DNA of 64,000 nt, from contig JBAZTQ010000001.1 in the NCBI GenBank assembly GCA_041661845.1, positions 11,361 through 75,360 of the forward strand, in the 5' to 3' direction. Shown here piece by piece: positions 24,493-32,771 of this stretch. Made by a program: the position numbers and the translations under genes. The stretch's first letter is position 1; the number at the start of each line of letters is the position of its first letter. Below the pieces are notes generated by a model. The model searched no databases. It worked only from the letters and a program-made list of their open reading frames with translations, and was not told the origin of the DNA. The stretch is from Kiritimatiellales bacterium (GTDB lineage: Bacteria > Verrucomicrobiota > Kiritimatiellia > Kiritimatiellales > Tichowtungiaceae).

Positions 24493-25332
24493 ATGTCTAA
24501 AGATGCCGTGGCGGTGTACTGGGACTTCGAGAATATTCACGCGAGCCTGTTTGACACAAAAAACGGGAGAGGATCGTATCATAAGCAGAATCGATACACG
24601 CCGCAGGAGGTTCTTGTGGATGTTCAGGCACTGTATGACTTTGCCGCAACCTATGGGAATGTCGCGATCAACAAGGCTTATTGCCACTGGCAGTGGTTTT
24701 CGAAATACCGGCAGTCCCTGCTGAAAACGGCGGTGGAACTGATTCAGATTTTTCCGCCCGGCGCCTCCGCCAAAAACGGCGCGGATATCAAGCTGTCGCT
24801 GGACGCGCTGGACGATGTGCTGCGGTTTCCATACATCTCATCCGTCGTTGTAGTCGGCGGAGACAGTGATTTCATTCCGCTGGCTCAGAAAATCAAGACG
24901 GCCGGCAAGCAGTTGATCGGTGTCGGATGCAAAGCCAGCACGAATCCGCATTGGGCTAACAGCTGTTCCGAATTCAAGTACTATGAGTCGCTGATGATCA
25001 AAGGGGCTGCGGTTGTCGAAGAGCCGGAAAACGACGAAGCGGCCGTGAAAGATGCGGTCGAGCTGATTACCCGGGCCATCAAACAGATTGAAGCCAAATC
25101 GGGGGATGAGTGGGCATTGAATTCGAGTGTCCGCAATATGGTGAAGCGCCTGGATCCGACCTTTGATGAAGCCAATTACGAATGCAAAACTTTCGGCGCC
25201 TTGCTCAAAAAATACCCAAGCAAGTTCAAGGTAAAGAAAGGTGAACACGACAACCTCGTCAGCCTTGCGGAGCAAGCCGCCCATAAGCCGCCACATGCCG
25301 CCAAGGCCGTAAAAACTATTTCTCCCAAGTGA
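24493..25332 (+). CDS. NYN (LabA-like, PIN-fold) domain protein with a C-terminal OST-HTH/LOTUS domain
   Basis: MSKDAVAVYWDFENIH...VVVVGGDSDFIPLAQKIK..GKQLIGVG is the NYN part. The C-terminal ...WALNSSVRNMVKRLDPTFDEANYECKTFGALLKKYPSKFKV is OST-HTH-like. An AGGAGGG SD lies before the ATG at 24493. Confidence 0.8.
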   Translation: MSKDAVAVYWDFENIHASLFDTKNGRGSYHKQNRYTPQEVLVDVQALYDFAATYGNVAINKAYCHWQWFSKYRQSLLKTAVELIQIFPPGASAKNGADIKLSLDALDDVLRFPYISSVVVVGGDSDFIPLAQKIKTAGKQLIGVGCKASTNPHWANSCSEFKYYESLMIKGAAVVEEPENDEAAVKDAVELITRAIKQIEAKSGDEWALNSSVRNMVKRLDPTFDEANYECKTFGALLKKYPSKFKVKKGEHDNLVSLAEQAAHKPPHAAKAVKTISPK

Positions 25333-25349
25333 AGGACAGAAGGCTTGCT

Positions 25350-26684
25350 ATGCGTTTCCTGATGTTGTCTATCGTATGGTTTGCGATGTCGGCTCAAGCG
25401 GACTGGCCGCAGTTTCTGGGAGAAACCCGTGACGGAAAATCGGCGGAGACCGGGCTGACAACCAATCTGCCGGCGATCCGGATACTCTGGTCGCATCCGC
25501 GGGGCGAAAGTTATTCCGCGCCCTCGATCCATAACGGACGTCTTGTTCACCACGGGCGTTTCCAAGGTGTGGAAAAAGTGGAATGCCTCGACGCCGCGAC
25601 GGGCAAACTGATCTGGTCGAATGAAACGCCGACCACCTATCACGACCGCTTCAATTATCTCAACGGGCCGCGCGCCTCTCCGGCCATTGACGGCGACCGG
25701 GTTTACACGCTCGGTGCGCAAGGCGTACTGAGCTGCCTCAGCCTGCAGGACGGACGGCTTCTGTGGCGCCGTCCGCTAATGGAGGAATTTGCGGTCGGCG
25801 AGGATTTTTTCGGCTTCTGCTCGTCGCCGCTGATTGAAGGCGATGCGCTCATCCTGAATGTCGGCGAGGGGAAATGTGTCGTCGCGCTCGATAAGTTCAG
25901 CGGAGCGATCCGCTGGATTGCGGATGATCCGTGGGGCCGCAGCTATGCCACACCCGTTGCGGCAACCGTGTACGGACGGCGCGTTCTGTTTGTTTTTTCC
26001 GGCGGCGAATCCAGTCCGCCCTCCGGCGGCCTGCTCTGCCTGGATGCGGCCACCGGGAAAATTTATTCCCGTTTTCCTTGGCGCAGTCCGCGCTACACCT
26101 CGGTGAACGCCTCGACGCCGGTGGTTTCCGGCAGCCGGGTTTTCATTTCATCGTCCTACGACGTGGGCGGGGTGATGCTGGAGGTGCAGCCGGACTTCAC
26201 GTTTAAGGAGATTTATCGCACCAAGGCCTATGCCTCGCATTGGGCGACGCCGATTCTCGTTGGCGGGCATCTGTACGGCTTTGCCAATAACCAGCTCACC
26301 TGTATGGAGTGGTCAACCGGAACGCGCGTCTGGCGCAGTGCGGTTAGGCTCGCGGGCGTTGAATCTCAGGTAACGACCGGCAGCGGAAGCGGTGCCGACC
26401 AGTACCGCGAACCGCCCGGCAAAGCGGGCTTCGGCATCGGCTCGCTGCTCTATGCCGACGGCCGGTTTCTCTGCCTCGGCGAAAACGGACTGTTGGCGTG
26501 GCTGGAGATTTCGCCCGAAGGGTTCCGTATCATTTCGTCCGTGAGGTTGTTCAACGCCGAGCAGGCGTGGACCGCGCCAGTGCTGAGCGACGGACGCGCC
26601 TATATCTGCCAGAATCTTCCCGACTCCGAAAATCTTTCGCGCCTGATCTGCCTCGATCTGAGTCCGGCAGGACGCAGGGACTAA
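25350..26684 (+). CDS. PQQ-like beta-propeller repeat protein (BamB-like fold), secreted
   Basis: Signal peptide [17 protein letters not shown] followed by [12 protein letters not shown]..., with repeated ...G..iW... blades. Confidence 0.7.
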   Translation: MRFLMLSIVWFAMSAQADWPQFLGETRDGKSAETGLTTNLPAIRILWSHPRGESYSAPSIHNGRLVHHGRFQGVEKVECLDAATGKLIWSNETPTTYHDRFNYLNGPRASPAIDGDRVYTLGAQGVLSCLSLQDGRLLWRRPLMEEFAVGEDFFGFCSSPLIEGDALILNVGEGKCVVALDKFSGAIRWIADDPWGRSYATPVAATVYGRRVLFVFSGGESSPPSGGLLCLDAATGKIYSRFPWRSPRYTSVNASTPVVSGSRVFISSSYDVGGVMLEVQPDFTFKEIYRTKAYASHWATPILVGGHLYGFANNQLTCMEWSTGTRVWRSAVRLAGVESQVTTGSGSGADQYREPPGKAGFGIGSLLYADGRFLCLGENGLLAWLEISPEGFRIISSVRLFNAEQAWTAPVLSDGRAYICQNLPDSENLSRLICLDLSPAGRRD

Positions 26685-27229
26685 CCGATCGTGCCGATCA
26701 GGCGGAGGAATTCGGTGCGGGTCGCGAGCTGGGAGCGGAAGGTGCCGTGCATGGCCGAAGTGATCATCTTGGAATTCTGCTTTTCCACACCGCGCATCAT
26801 CATGCAGAGATGCTGGGCTTCGATCACTACGCCGACACCCTGTGCGCCGGTTTTTTCCATGATGACACGGGCGATCTGGTTGGTCAGCCGCTCCTGAATC
26901 TGGAGGCGGCGGGCGAAGACATCCACGACGCGGGCCAGCTTGCTGACCCCGATCACTTTCTTTTCCGGAATGTAGCCGATGTGGCATTTGCCGATGAAGG
27001 GAAGCATATGGTGTTCGCACAGGCTGTAGATTTCGATGTCCTTGACGATCACCATGTGGCTGTCTTCCGCTTCGAAAAAAGCGTTGTTGAGCACATCATC
27101 AATGTTCTGGTGGTAGCCGTGCGTCAGAAATTTATAGGCTTCGGCGACGCGCGCCGGCGTTCCCTGCAGCCCTTCACGGCCCGGATCTTCGCCCAGTTCA
27201 ACCAGCAGTTTACGAATCAGCTCTTCCAT
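26681..27229 (-). CDS. folE: GTP cyclohydrolase I
   Basis: 182 aa with ...[13 protein letters not shown]... and [20 protein letters not shown]. Confidence 0.95.
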   Translation of the reverse strand: MEELIRKLLVELGEDPGREGLQGTPARVAEAYKFLTHGYHQNIDDVLNNAFFEAEDSHMVIVKDIEIYSLCEHHMLPFIGKCHIGYIPEKKVIGVSKLARVVDVFARRLQIQERLTNQIARVIMEKTGAQGVGVVIEAQHLCMMMRGVEKQNSKMITSAMHGTFRSQLATRTEFLRLIGTIG

Positions 27230-27302
27230 GACGTTGCTCCCGTTAAATCGTGCCGGAGTGTTCCAAACCTTGGAAAATTAAGCCACGAAAAACACAAAAC
27301 TT

Positions 27303-28610
27303 TCAGAGCTGGGTTTTCAGCCAGCCGAGCAGGGCGTCGCGGTCGGGAAAGCGGTTTTCGAGCTGGGCGTCGTAGGCCAGCCGGATGAGTTCACCCATAC
27401 GCGGGCCGGGGGCGACGCCGAGTTCGCGCAGCTCTTTTCCGGTGATCCACCGTTCGGGCAGGATCGGCTCGTTTTTCATCTCTTCGGCTTTTGCGAGCAG
27501 GAAGTGATAGTTGTCCAGCAGGCCGTGACTGCCGGAGCAATCAACACGGTGCAGCTCCAGTTCCAGAACAAAGGTTTCCGCGCCCATCAGTTTGCGCAGG
27601 GTGGATTTATTCATTTTCTGCACGTCTTTAAAACGCATGTGGCCGTCGATGGCGGTGACGATCTGTTTAATCTCTTTGGTCGGCAGTTTCAGGCGGCGCA
27701 GAATTTCTTCGGCCATTTCAGCGCTCTTGCGTTCGTGTCCGTGAAAGCGCAGGCGGTCTTCACCCATGAAGGCGGTGGCCGGTTTGCCGACGTCGTGCAA
27801 AAGGACGGTGTAGGCAAGGGCGCGGCTTGCATTTTTCATGAGGTTGAGCATGAGGCAGGTGTGGACGAAGACGTCGCCTTCGGGATGGAACTGCGGCGGC
27901 TGCTCCTGTCCGATCATCGGAAGAATTTCCGGTATGATGTATTTCATCAGGCCGAGCTCGACCAGTTCTTTCAGGGCGTCGCCGGGGCGAAGACTTTCGG
28001 TGAGGGTGCGCGAGAATTCGTTTTCGATGCGCTCTGCACTGATTTTGGCGAGGCCGGGGGCGTATTTCTGAATCGCGGCGCGGGTGGCCGGTTCAATTTC
28101 AAAACCGAGGGTGTGCGCAAAGCGTACGGCGCGCAGCATGCGCAGATGGTCTTCGGCAAAACGCTTTTCCGGATCGCCGATGGCGCGGATGATTTTCTGT
28201 TCGAGGTCGGCTTGTCCGCCGACGTAGTCGATGATTTTGTTTTCGACCGGATCGTAAAACATGCCGTTGACGGTGAAGTCGCGCCGCTTGGCATCTTCTT
28301 CCGCACCGCAAAAGTGGATGCTGTCGGGGCGGCGTCCGTCCTGATAGCCGCCGTCGGCGCGGAAGGTGGCGACCTCGGTTTCGGTGCCGTCTTCAACAAC
28401 GACGATGACGCCGAAGGCTTTGCCGACGGCGACCGTTTTCGGAAAGAGCGCTTCAATCTGGTCGGGGGTGGCACGGGTGGCGATGTCGTAGTCCTTGGCG
28501 ATGCGGCCGAGCAGCCGGTCACGTACGGAACCGCCGGCAAAAAAAGCGGTGAAACCCGCGGCGCGGATTTGCTTCAGGATCTTCAACGCGGTATGCTCGG
28601 TGCTGTTCAT
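27303..28610 (-). CDS. cca: CCA-adding tRNA nucleotidyltransferase (PolyA-pol head plus HD domain)
   Basis: FFAGGSVRDRLLGR..DYDIAT, RDFTVNGMFYD, and the HD motif LLHDVGKP. Confidence 0.85.
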   Translation of the reverse strand: MNSTEHTALKILKQIRAAGFTAFFAGGSVRDRLLGRIAKDYDIATRATPDQIEALFPKTVAVGKAFGVIVVVEDGTETEVATFRADGGYQDGRRPDSIHFCGAEEDAKRRDFTVNGMFYDPVENKIIDYVGGQADLEQKIIRAIGDPEKRFAEDHLRMLRAVRFAHTLGFEIEPATRAAIQKYAPGLAKISAERIENEFSRTLTESLRPGDALKELVELGLMKYIIPEILPMIGQEQPPQFHPEGDVFVHTCLMLNLMKNASRALAYTVLLHDVGKPATAFMGEDRLRFHGHERKSAEMAEEILRRLKLPTKEIKQIVTAIDGHMRFKDVQKMNKSTLRKLMGAETFVLELELHRVDCSGSHGLLDNYHFLLAKAEEMKNEPILPERWITGKELRELGVAPGPRMGELIRLAYDAQLENRFPDRDALLGWLKTQL

Positions 28611-28636
28611 AAGTGCGGTGAGTCTGGAGCGAACCT

Positions 28637-29878
28637 ATGAAAAAGTTAATCCTTTTCTCTCTTCTTCTTGCGGCGGCGCTGACGGGTGCCGCCCAGACGA
28701 ATAATACTTTCTGGGCCGAAAGTCTGCAGCAGTTTGAAGTGTCCTATACCGGTTCCGGCTATATGGGTCCGTCCGACTTCAATGCATTTCTTGACCGGGC
28801 CGAAGGAGGCCGTCCGGCGCAAAGTTTTTATGCGCGGTTTTCGGATGATCCGGTGGTTTTTCTTCGGCAGTGGGGACTGTGGCGTACGCTGTTTTTAATT
28901 CTGCTGGGCGGATTGGCGCTGAATCTGACGCCGTGCGTGCTGCCGATGATTCCGGTGAATCTGGCAATTATCGGGGCGGGGGTGCAATCGGAATCGCGCC
29001 GCAAGGGTTTCTCACTCGGCGCGGTATACGGTTTGGGTATCACGGTGGTGTACGGTATTCTGGGGCTGGCTGTGGTGCTGGGCGGCGCGCGCTTCGGCGC
29101 GCTGAATGCCAGCCCGTGGTTCAATTCGGGCATTGCGGCGGTTTTTCTGATCCTGTCGCTTTCGATGTTCGGCGTACTGCATATCGACCTTTCCCGTTTT
29201 CAGAGCGGACTGGGCGGTACGCAGTTTAAAAGCCGGTTTGCCGCTGCGTTTGTCATGGGCGGCGTTGCGGCGCTGCTGGCCGGAGCCTGTGTGGCACCGG
29301 TGGTGATTGCGGTGCTGCTGCTTTCCGGCAATCTGTATACGCATGGCGTACAGGCCGGACTGGTGCTGCCGTTTGTTCTCGGATTAGGCATGGCGCTGCC
29401 GTGGCCGTTCGCAGGCGCGGGGCTGTCATTCCTGCCGAAACCGGGCGCGTGGATGGAGTGGGTGAAGCGCGGGTTCGGAATACTGATTCTGCTGTTCGCC
29501 GTTTATTACGGACTGCTGGCAGCGCGTTTGCTGCGAACTCACGCAGCGCCGCCTGCCGGCGGAGAACAGCTGGTGGATAGCGCCGGTTTCCGTGGCGCGC
29601 TCGACGAAGCCCATGCCGCCGGCCGGCCGGTATTCATCGACTTCTGGGCCGACTGGTGCAAAAACTGCCACGCGATGGATACGGCCACTCTGGCCAACCC
29701 TGAAATCAAAAAACGGCTGGCGCGATACAGGGTGATCAAGTTTGACGCTTCGAAGTATGACGAGTCACCGGCGAAAGAAATCCTTGACCGCTTCGGCGTG
29801 GTCGGATTACCTGCCTACGTCATTCTGAGCCCCTTACAACAGGGCGATTCCGCAGTCCGGCGGAATGAAAAAAAATAA
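28637..29878 (+). CDS. DsbD/CcdA-type thiol:disulfide interchange membrane protein with a C-terminal thioredoxin domain
   Basis: Signal peptide. TM core with LNLTPCVLPMIPV and LLAGACVAPVV. C-terminal FIDFWADWCKNCHAMD (WCxxC). Confidence 0.85.
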   Translation: MKKLILFSLLLAAALTGAAQTNNTFWAESLQQFEVSYTGSGYMGPSDFNAFLDRAEGGRPAQSFYARFSDDPVVFLRQWGLWRTLFLILLGGLALNLTPCVLPMIPVNLAIIGAGVQSESRRKGFSLGAVYGLGITVVYGILGLAVVLGGARFGALNASPWFNSGIAAVFLILSLSMFGVLHIDLSRFQSGLGGTQFKSRFAAAFVMGGVAALLAGACVAPVVIAVLLLSGNLYTHGVQAGLVLPFVLGLGMALPWPFAGAGLSFLPKPGAWMEWVKRGFGILILLFAVYYGLLAARLLRTHAAPPAGGEQLVDSAGFRGALDEAHAAGRPVFIDFWADWCKNCHAMDTATLANPEIKKRLARYRVIKFDASKYDESPAKEILDRFGVVGLPAYVILSPLQQGDSAVRRNEKK

Positions 29879-29943
29879 TTTCTTTTCTTTCTTTTTTTAC
29901 GCGCTACCATCCGGTTTAAGAAACCAGACGGACGGAGTTGTGT

Positions 29944-30159
29944 ATGAAAAATAATGAAAACGGTTCCGGTTGCAATAAAGGTACACATCTTGAAGGTTGC
30001 GGCAGGAAGTGTGATAACGCCTGTCCGGTAATCGATACGGTTGGAAGGAAGGTTCTGTTCGTGAACAAAACCCGCACAGAAAGCTGTCCCTTTGAACTGT
30101 TTTTTGGCGATTCGGTTGTCTGCACCTGCCCGGTTCGCATGGAAAATTACTTTGCCTGA
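29944..30159 (+). CDS. Small Cys-rich hypothetical protein (71 aa)
   Basis: MKNNENGSGCNKGTHLEGCGRKCDNACPVIDTVGRKVLFVNKTRTESCPFELFFGDSVVCTCPVRMENYFA has 7 Cys. A GGAG motif lies 6 nt before the ATG. I recognise no homology. Confidence 0.35.
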   Translation: MKNNENGSGCNKGTHLEGCGRKCDNACPVIDTVGRKVLFVNKTRTESCPFELFFGDSVVCTCPVRMENYFA

Positions 30160-30243
30160 AGATTCTCCGATTTCAGGAGATGCGAACAGGTACAGAACAA
30201 AGTGCGTGAACGGCTCCGTCTGCTGACCGCCGGAGAATCGGAA

Positions 30244-30935
30244 TTATAGTTCTTCCAGAATATTCAAAACCTGCCCTGCGGCCTGCTTCCAGCTCAACCG
30301 GGCATTGTAATCATCGAAAGCTTTCATCGCCAGTATGCGGTATTCGTACGGGTTGCTGAAGAGCTGTCCGATGCATTCTGCATAACGTCCCGCCGCTTCC
30401 GGATCAAAGCAGCAGCCGTTAATTCTTTCATGCACCGCCGTGGGAATGCCGCCGGTGTTTGAGGCGGCAACGGGCAGGGCGAAACTGCCGGCCTCCGGAA
30501 AAATATGGCCGAAACACTCGGCCCGGCACGGCTGAATCAGAAAATGGGCATTGCGATAGAGTTTGTTCCATCCGGGCGCGTTCATCCGGCTTGGCGGGCG
30601 AAAGAAAGCCCGCGCTTTTTACAAAATCCGGAACCCGTGCCATGTGCTTTGCCGGATCGGTTCCCAGAAAAGCAATCTCTGTCCGGAATCTCTGCGCATT
30701 CAGAATTTCCACGGCCTTGATGGCGGTATCGCCGCCTTTACGCTTCCACTCCACGCCGGTAAAAAGCAGGCGGCAGGCGGTGTGCAGATATTGCGCAGCG
30801 GTGCGAGATAGTGAAAACCGTCCGAATCTGCCTTGAGATGCAAAGCGATGTTTTCCGCTGCGCTGTGAATTCCGACAGCGCCCGGCTTGCGCGTTTCGGC
30901 GGACTGCCGGACATCCAGATGATGTGCAAAGGCCA
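30244..30935 (-). pseudogene. Glycosyltransferase family 4 (GT1-fold) remnant, 5'-truncated and frameshifted
   Basis: GT4 C-terminal-domain sequence is split over frames. The first piece is ...LLFTGVEWKRKGGDTAIKAVEILN...AFLGTDP...GFLSPAKPDERARMEQ. After a 1-nt frame change near 30556-30571 it continues as ...KLYRNAHFLIQPCRAECFGHIFPEAGSFALPVAASNTGGIPTAVHERINGCCF. A further frame change lies near 30795-30815. Only about 230 codons remain after the GT2 stop. Confidence 0.6.
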
Positions 30936-30938
30936 GAT

Positions 30939-32033
30939 TCACCGGTTGATCTCCCCGCTGGTGGTGCGGGTGTCGCGCCACAGTTTTTTAAGTTTTCCGC
31001 GGCAGAGCATATTCAGTGCCGACAGGAATTGAAGCGAGTCGAGCAGGACTTGAATTGCCAGCACCGGCAGATAGGCCGCTTTTTTGGAAGCACCGGAATT
31101 ACGGAACCGGATGAAGCGGGTCGCAATGAGAATCCGGTAAATGCGGATGTAGTCCCGGTTTTTAATTTTATCGGCAATCAGCTGGCGCGACCAGTCCGGT
31201 GCGGTGCGGTCCAGATTTTCAATCAGCGCGGCGGCATCCGGCGCATCCGTCAGATGCTGTTGCAGATATTCCCAGATCCAGCGGTGGATAATGTAGCCCG
31301 CGATCTGCCGCCGGTGTGTGGCCAGTACGTCGGGCAGACGGGTGTACGCTTCAAAAACGTGCGAAGCGGTGTCGGCCATCACCAGCCGGCGTGCCGCGTC
31401 TTCGGGCTCGGTGAGAAAGTTTGATACCGCCATCTTTTTTATAAAGCCGTCTTCAACGATGATCTGTTCGGGAATCCGGAGACGGCGCAGCCAGGCGGCG
31501 CGCGCGCAGTAAAGCTGTCCGCAAAGCTGGCCGGAAGCCGACTGGTTGATCCGTGCGCTGTGCATTGAAATCTGGTCGAGCAGGCTGTAGCGCTGTTTAA
31601 ATACGATATGTTTGACCGGCAGGTCGGTGCAGATGAATGCCTCCGGATTCTGCACCAGCTTATCGAGCATGTTACTGAGCGTGTCGGGCATGTATATCTG
31701 GATGTCGGCATCGACCATAAAAATGACGTCGGACTGCGGATCGGCCAGTTCATGGACGAATACATTCCATGCATTGGTTTTTCCCGGACGCTGCAACGAA
31801 TGAACCCGCCAGCGAAGGTTTTCCGGATGATTGAGTTTTTCGGCGGCAGCCAGCATCGCGCCGCTGGCGGCCAGTGTTGTATTGTCGGTGCAGCCGTTCG
31901 GCACGCAGATCAGTTCAACCTGATGTCCGCTCTGCCCGAGATTGCGCAGGAGACTCTGTGCAAAAACGCTGTGAATGGTCGAGCGGATGCTGCTCTCTTC
32001 ATTCCACGCCAGAATTCCGATGCTGATTTTCAT
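30939..32033 (-). CDS. Glycosyltransferase family 2
   Basis: MKISIGILAWNEESSIRSTIHSVFAQS...ICVPNGCTDNT...FMVDADI (the DxD region). It starts 4 nt after the PPTase stop. Confidence 0.8.
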   Translation of the reverse strand: MKISIGILAWNEESSIRSTIHSVFAQSLLRNLGQSGHQVELICVPNGCTDNTTLAASGAMLAAAEKLNHPENLRWRVHSLQRPGKTNAWNVFVHELADPQSDVIFMVDADIQIYMPDTLSNMLDKLVQNPEAFICTDLPVKHIVFKQRYSLLDQISMHSARINQSASGQLCGQLYCARAAWLRRLRIPEQIIVEDGFIKKMAVSNFLTEPEDAARRLVMADTASHVFEAYTRLPDVLATHRRQIAGYIIHRWIWEYLQQHLTDAPDAAALIENLDRTAPDWSRQLIADKIKNRDYIRIYRILIATRFIRFRNSGASKKAAYLPVLAIQVLLDSLQFLSALNMLCRGKLKKLWRDTRTTSGEINR

Positions 32034-32037
32034 AGAA

Positions 32038-32739
32038 TTAAAAACTTCGCAGGTTGACCGGAACCGGCGGAGCTTCAGAAACTACCGCCGCCGCATAGCC
32101 GGAATCAATTTTCAATGTTTGGAAAAACCACTGTCCACCGCTTCCGATATCCGGAGAAAACGGTTTTCCGCCGACCGGCACGGCGAAGGTGTTGAGGTTT
32201 TTATAGATGCCGGCGCCCAGCGCCTTTACATACGCCTCTTTTTTGGCCCAGATTTCAAAAAAACCGTCAGCCGGATTTTCCAGCGATTGAAAAAACAGCT
32301 GTTCTTCCGGCGCAAACCACCTTTTGGCGATGGTTGCCATATTCAGTCCGGTGCGCCGGAATTCAATATCTACGCCGACTGCCCGCCCGGCGGTGACGGC
32401 AATCAGCAGGCGGTCGCGGGAGTGTGATACGTTGAATTCCAGACTGCCGTCTTTCAAAAACGGTTTACCCTGAGCATTCCGGTTGAACTGCAGCGCGGAC
32501 GGATTGGTGTTCAGGCAGTCGGCCAGAACCCGGCGCAGCAATCCGCGACTCAAAATGAAGCCGTTGGCATCGTCCGGTTTGATGAATTTGGCTGCGCGTT
32601 CCAGTTCTTCACCGGTCAGCAGGCTGCGGCACAGGTCTCTATCATGCTGGTGGTCGGGCAGACGGATGTTCCAGACCTCGATCGATTTTCTAAAAGTTTC
32701 CATATTGTTCTTCATCAAAACCGGCGCTTTATATAGCAT
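32038..32739 (-). CDS. 4'-phosphopantetheinyl transferase, Sfp type
   Basis: ...FNVSHSRDRLLIAVT..AVGVDIE... and ...EIWAKKEAYVKALGAG.... It is divergent from the NRPS gene. The start could instead be the ATG at 32715. Confidence 0.85.
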   Translation of the reverse strand: MLYKAPVLMKNNMETFRKSIEVWNIRLPDHQHDRDLCRSLLTGEELERAAKFIKPDDANGFILSRGLLRRVLADCLNTNPSALQFNRNAQGKPFLKDGSLEFNVSHSRDRLLIAVTAGRAVGVDIEFRRTGLNMATIAKRWFAPEEQLFFQSLENPADGFFEIWAKKEAYVKALGAGIYKNLNTFAVPVGGKPFSPDIGSGGQWFFQTLKIDSGYAAAVVSEAPPVPVNLRSF

Positions 32740-32771
32740 TCGAACTCCAGTGACGCGAGTACCGGATACCT

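Noticed and set aside
29847-29898. Hairpin attccgc-agtccg-gcggaat at the end of the dsbD-like gene, followed by an A-run and then a long T-rich tract.
   Set aside because: The T-tract is separated from the stem by about 12 nt of A-rich sequence, so it is not a canonical intrinsic terminator. It is left unannotated.
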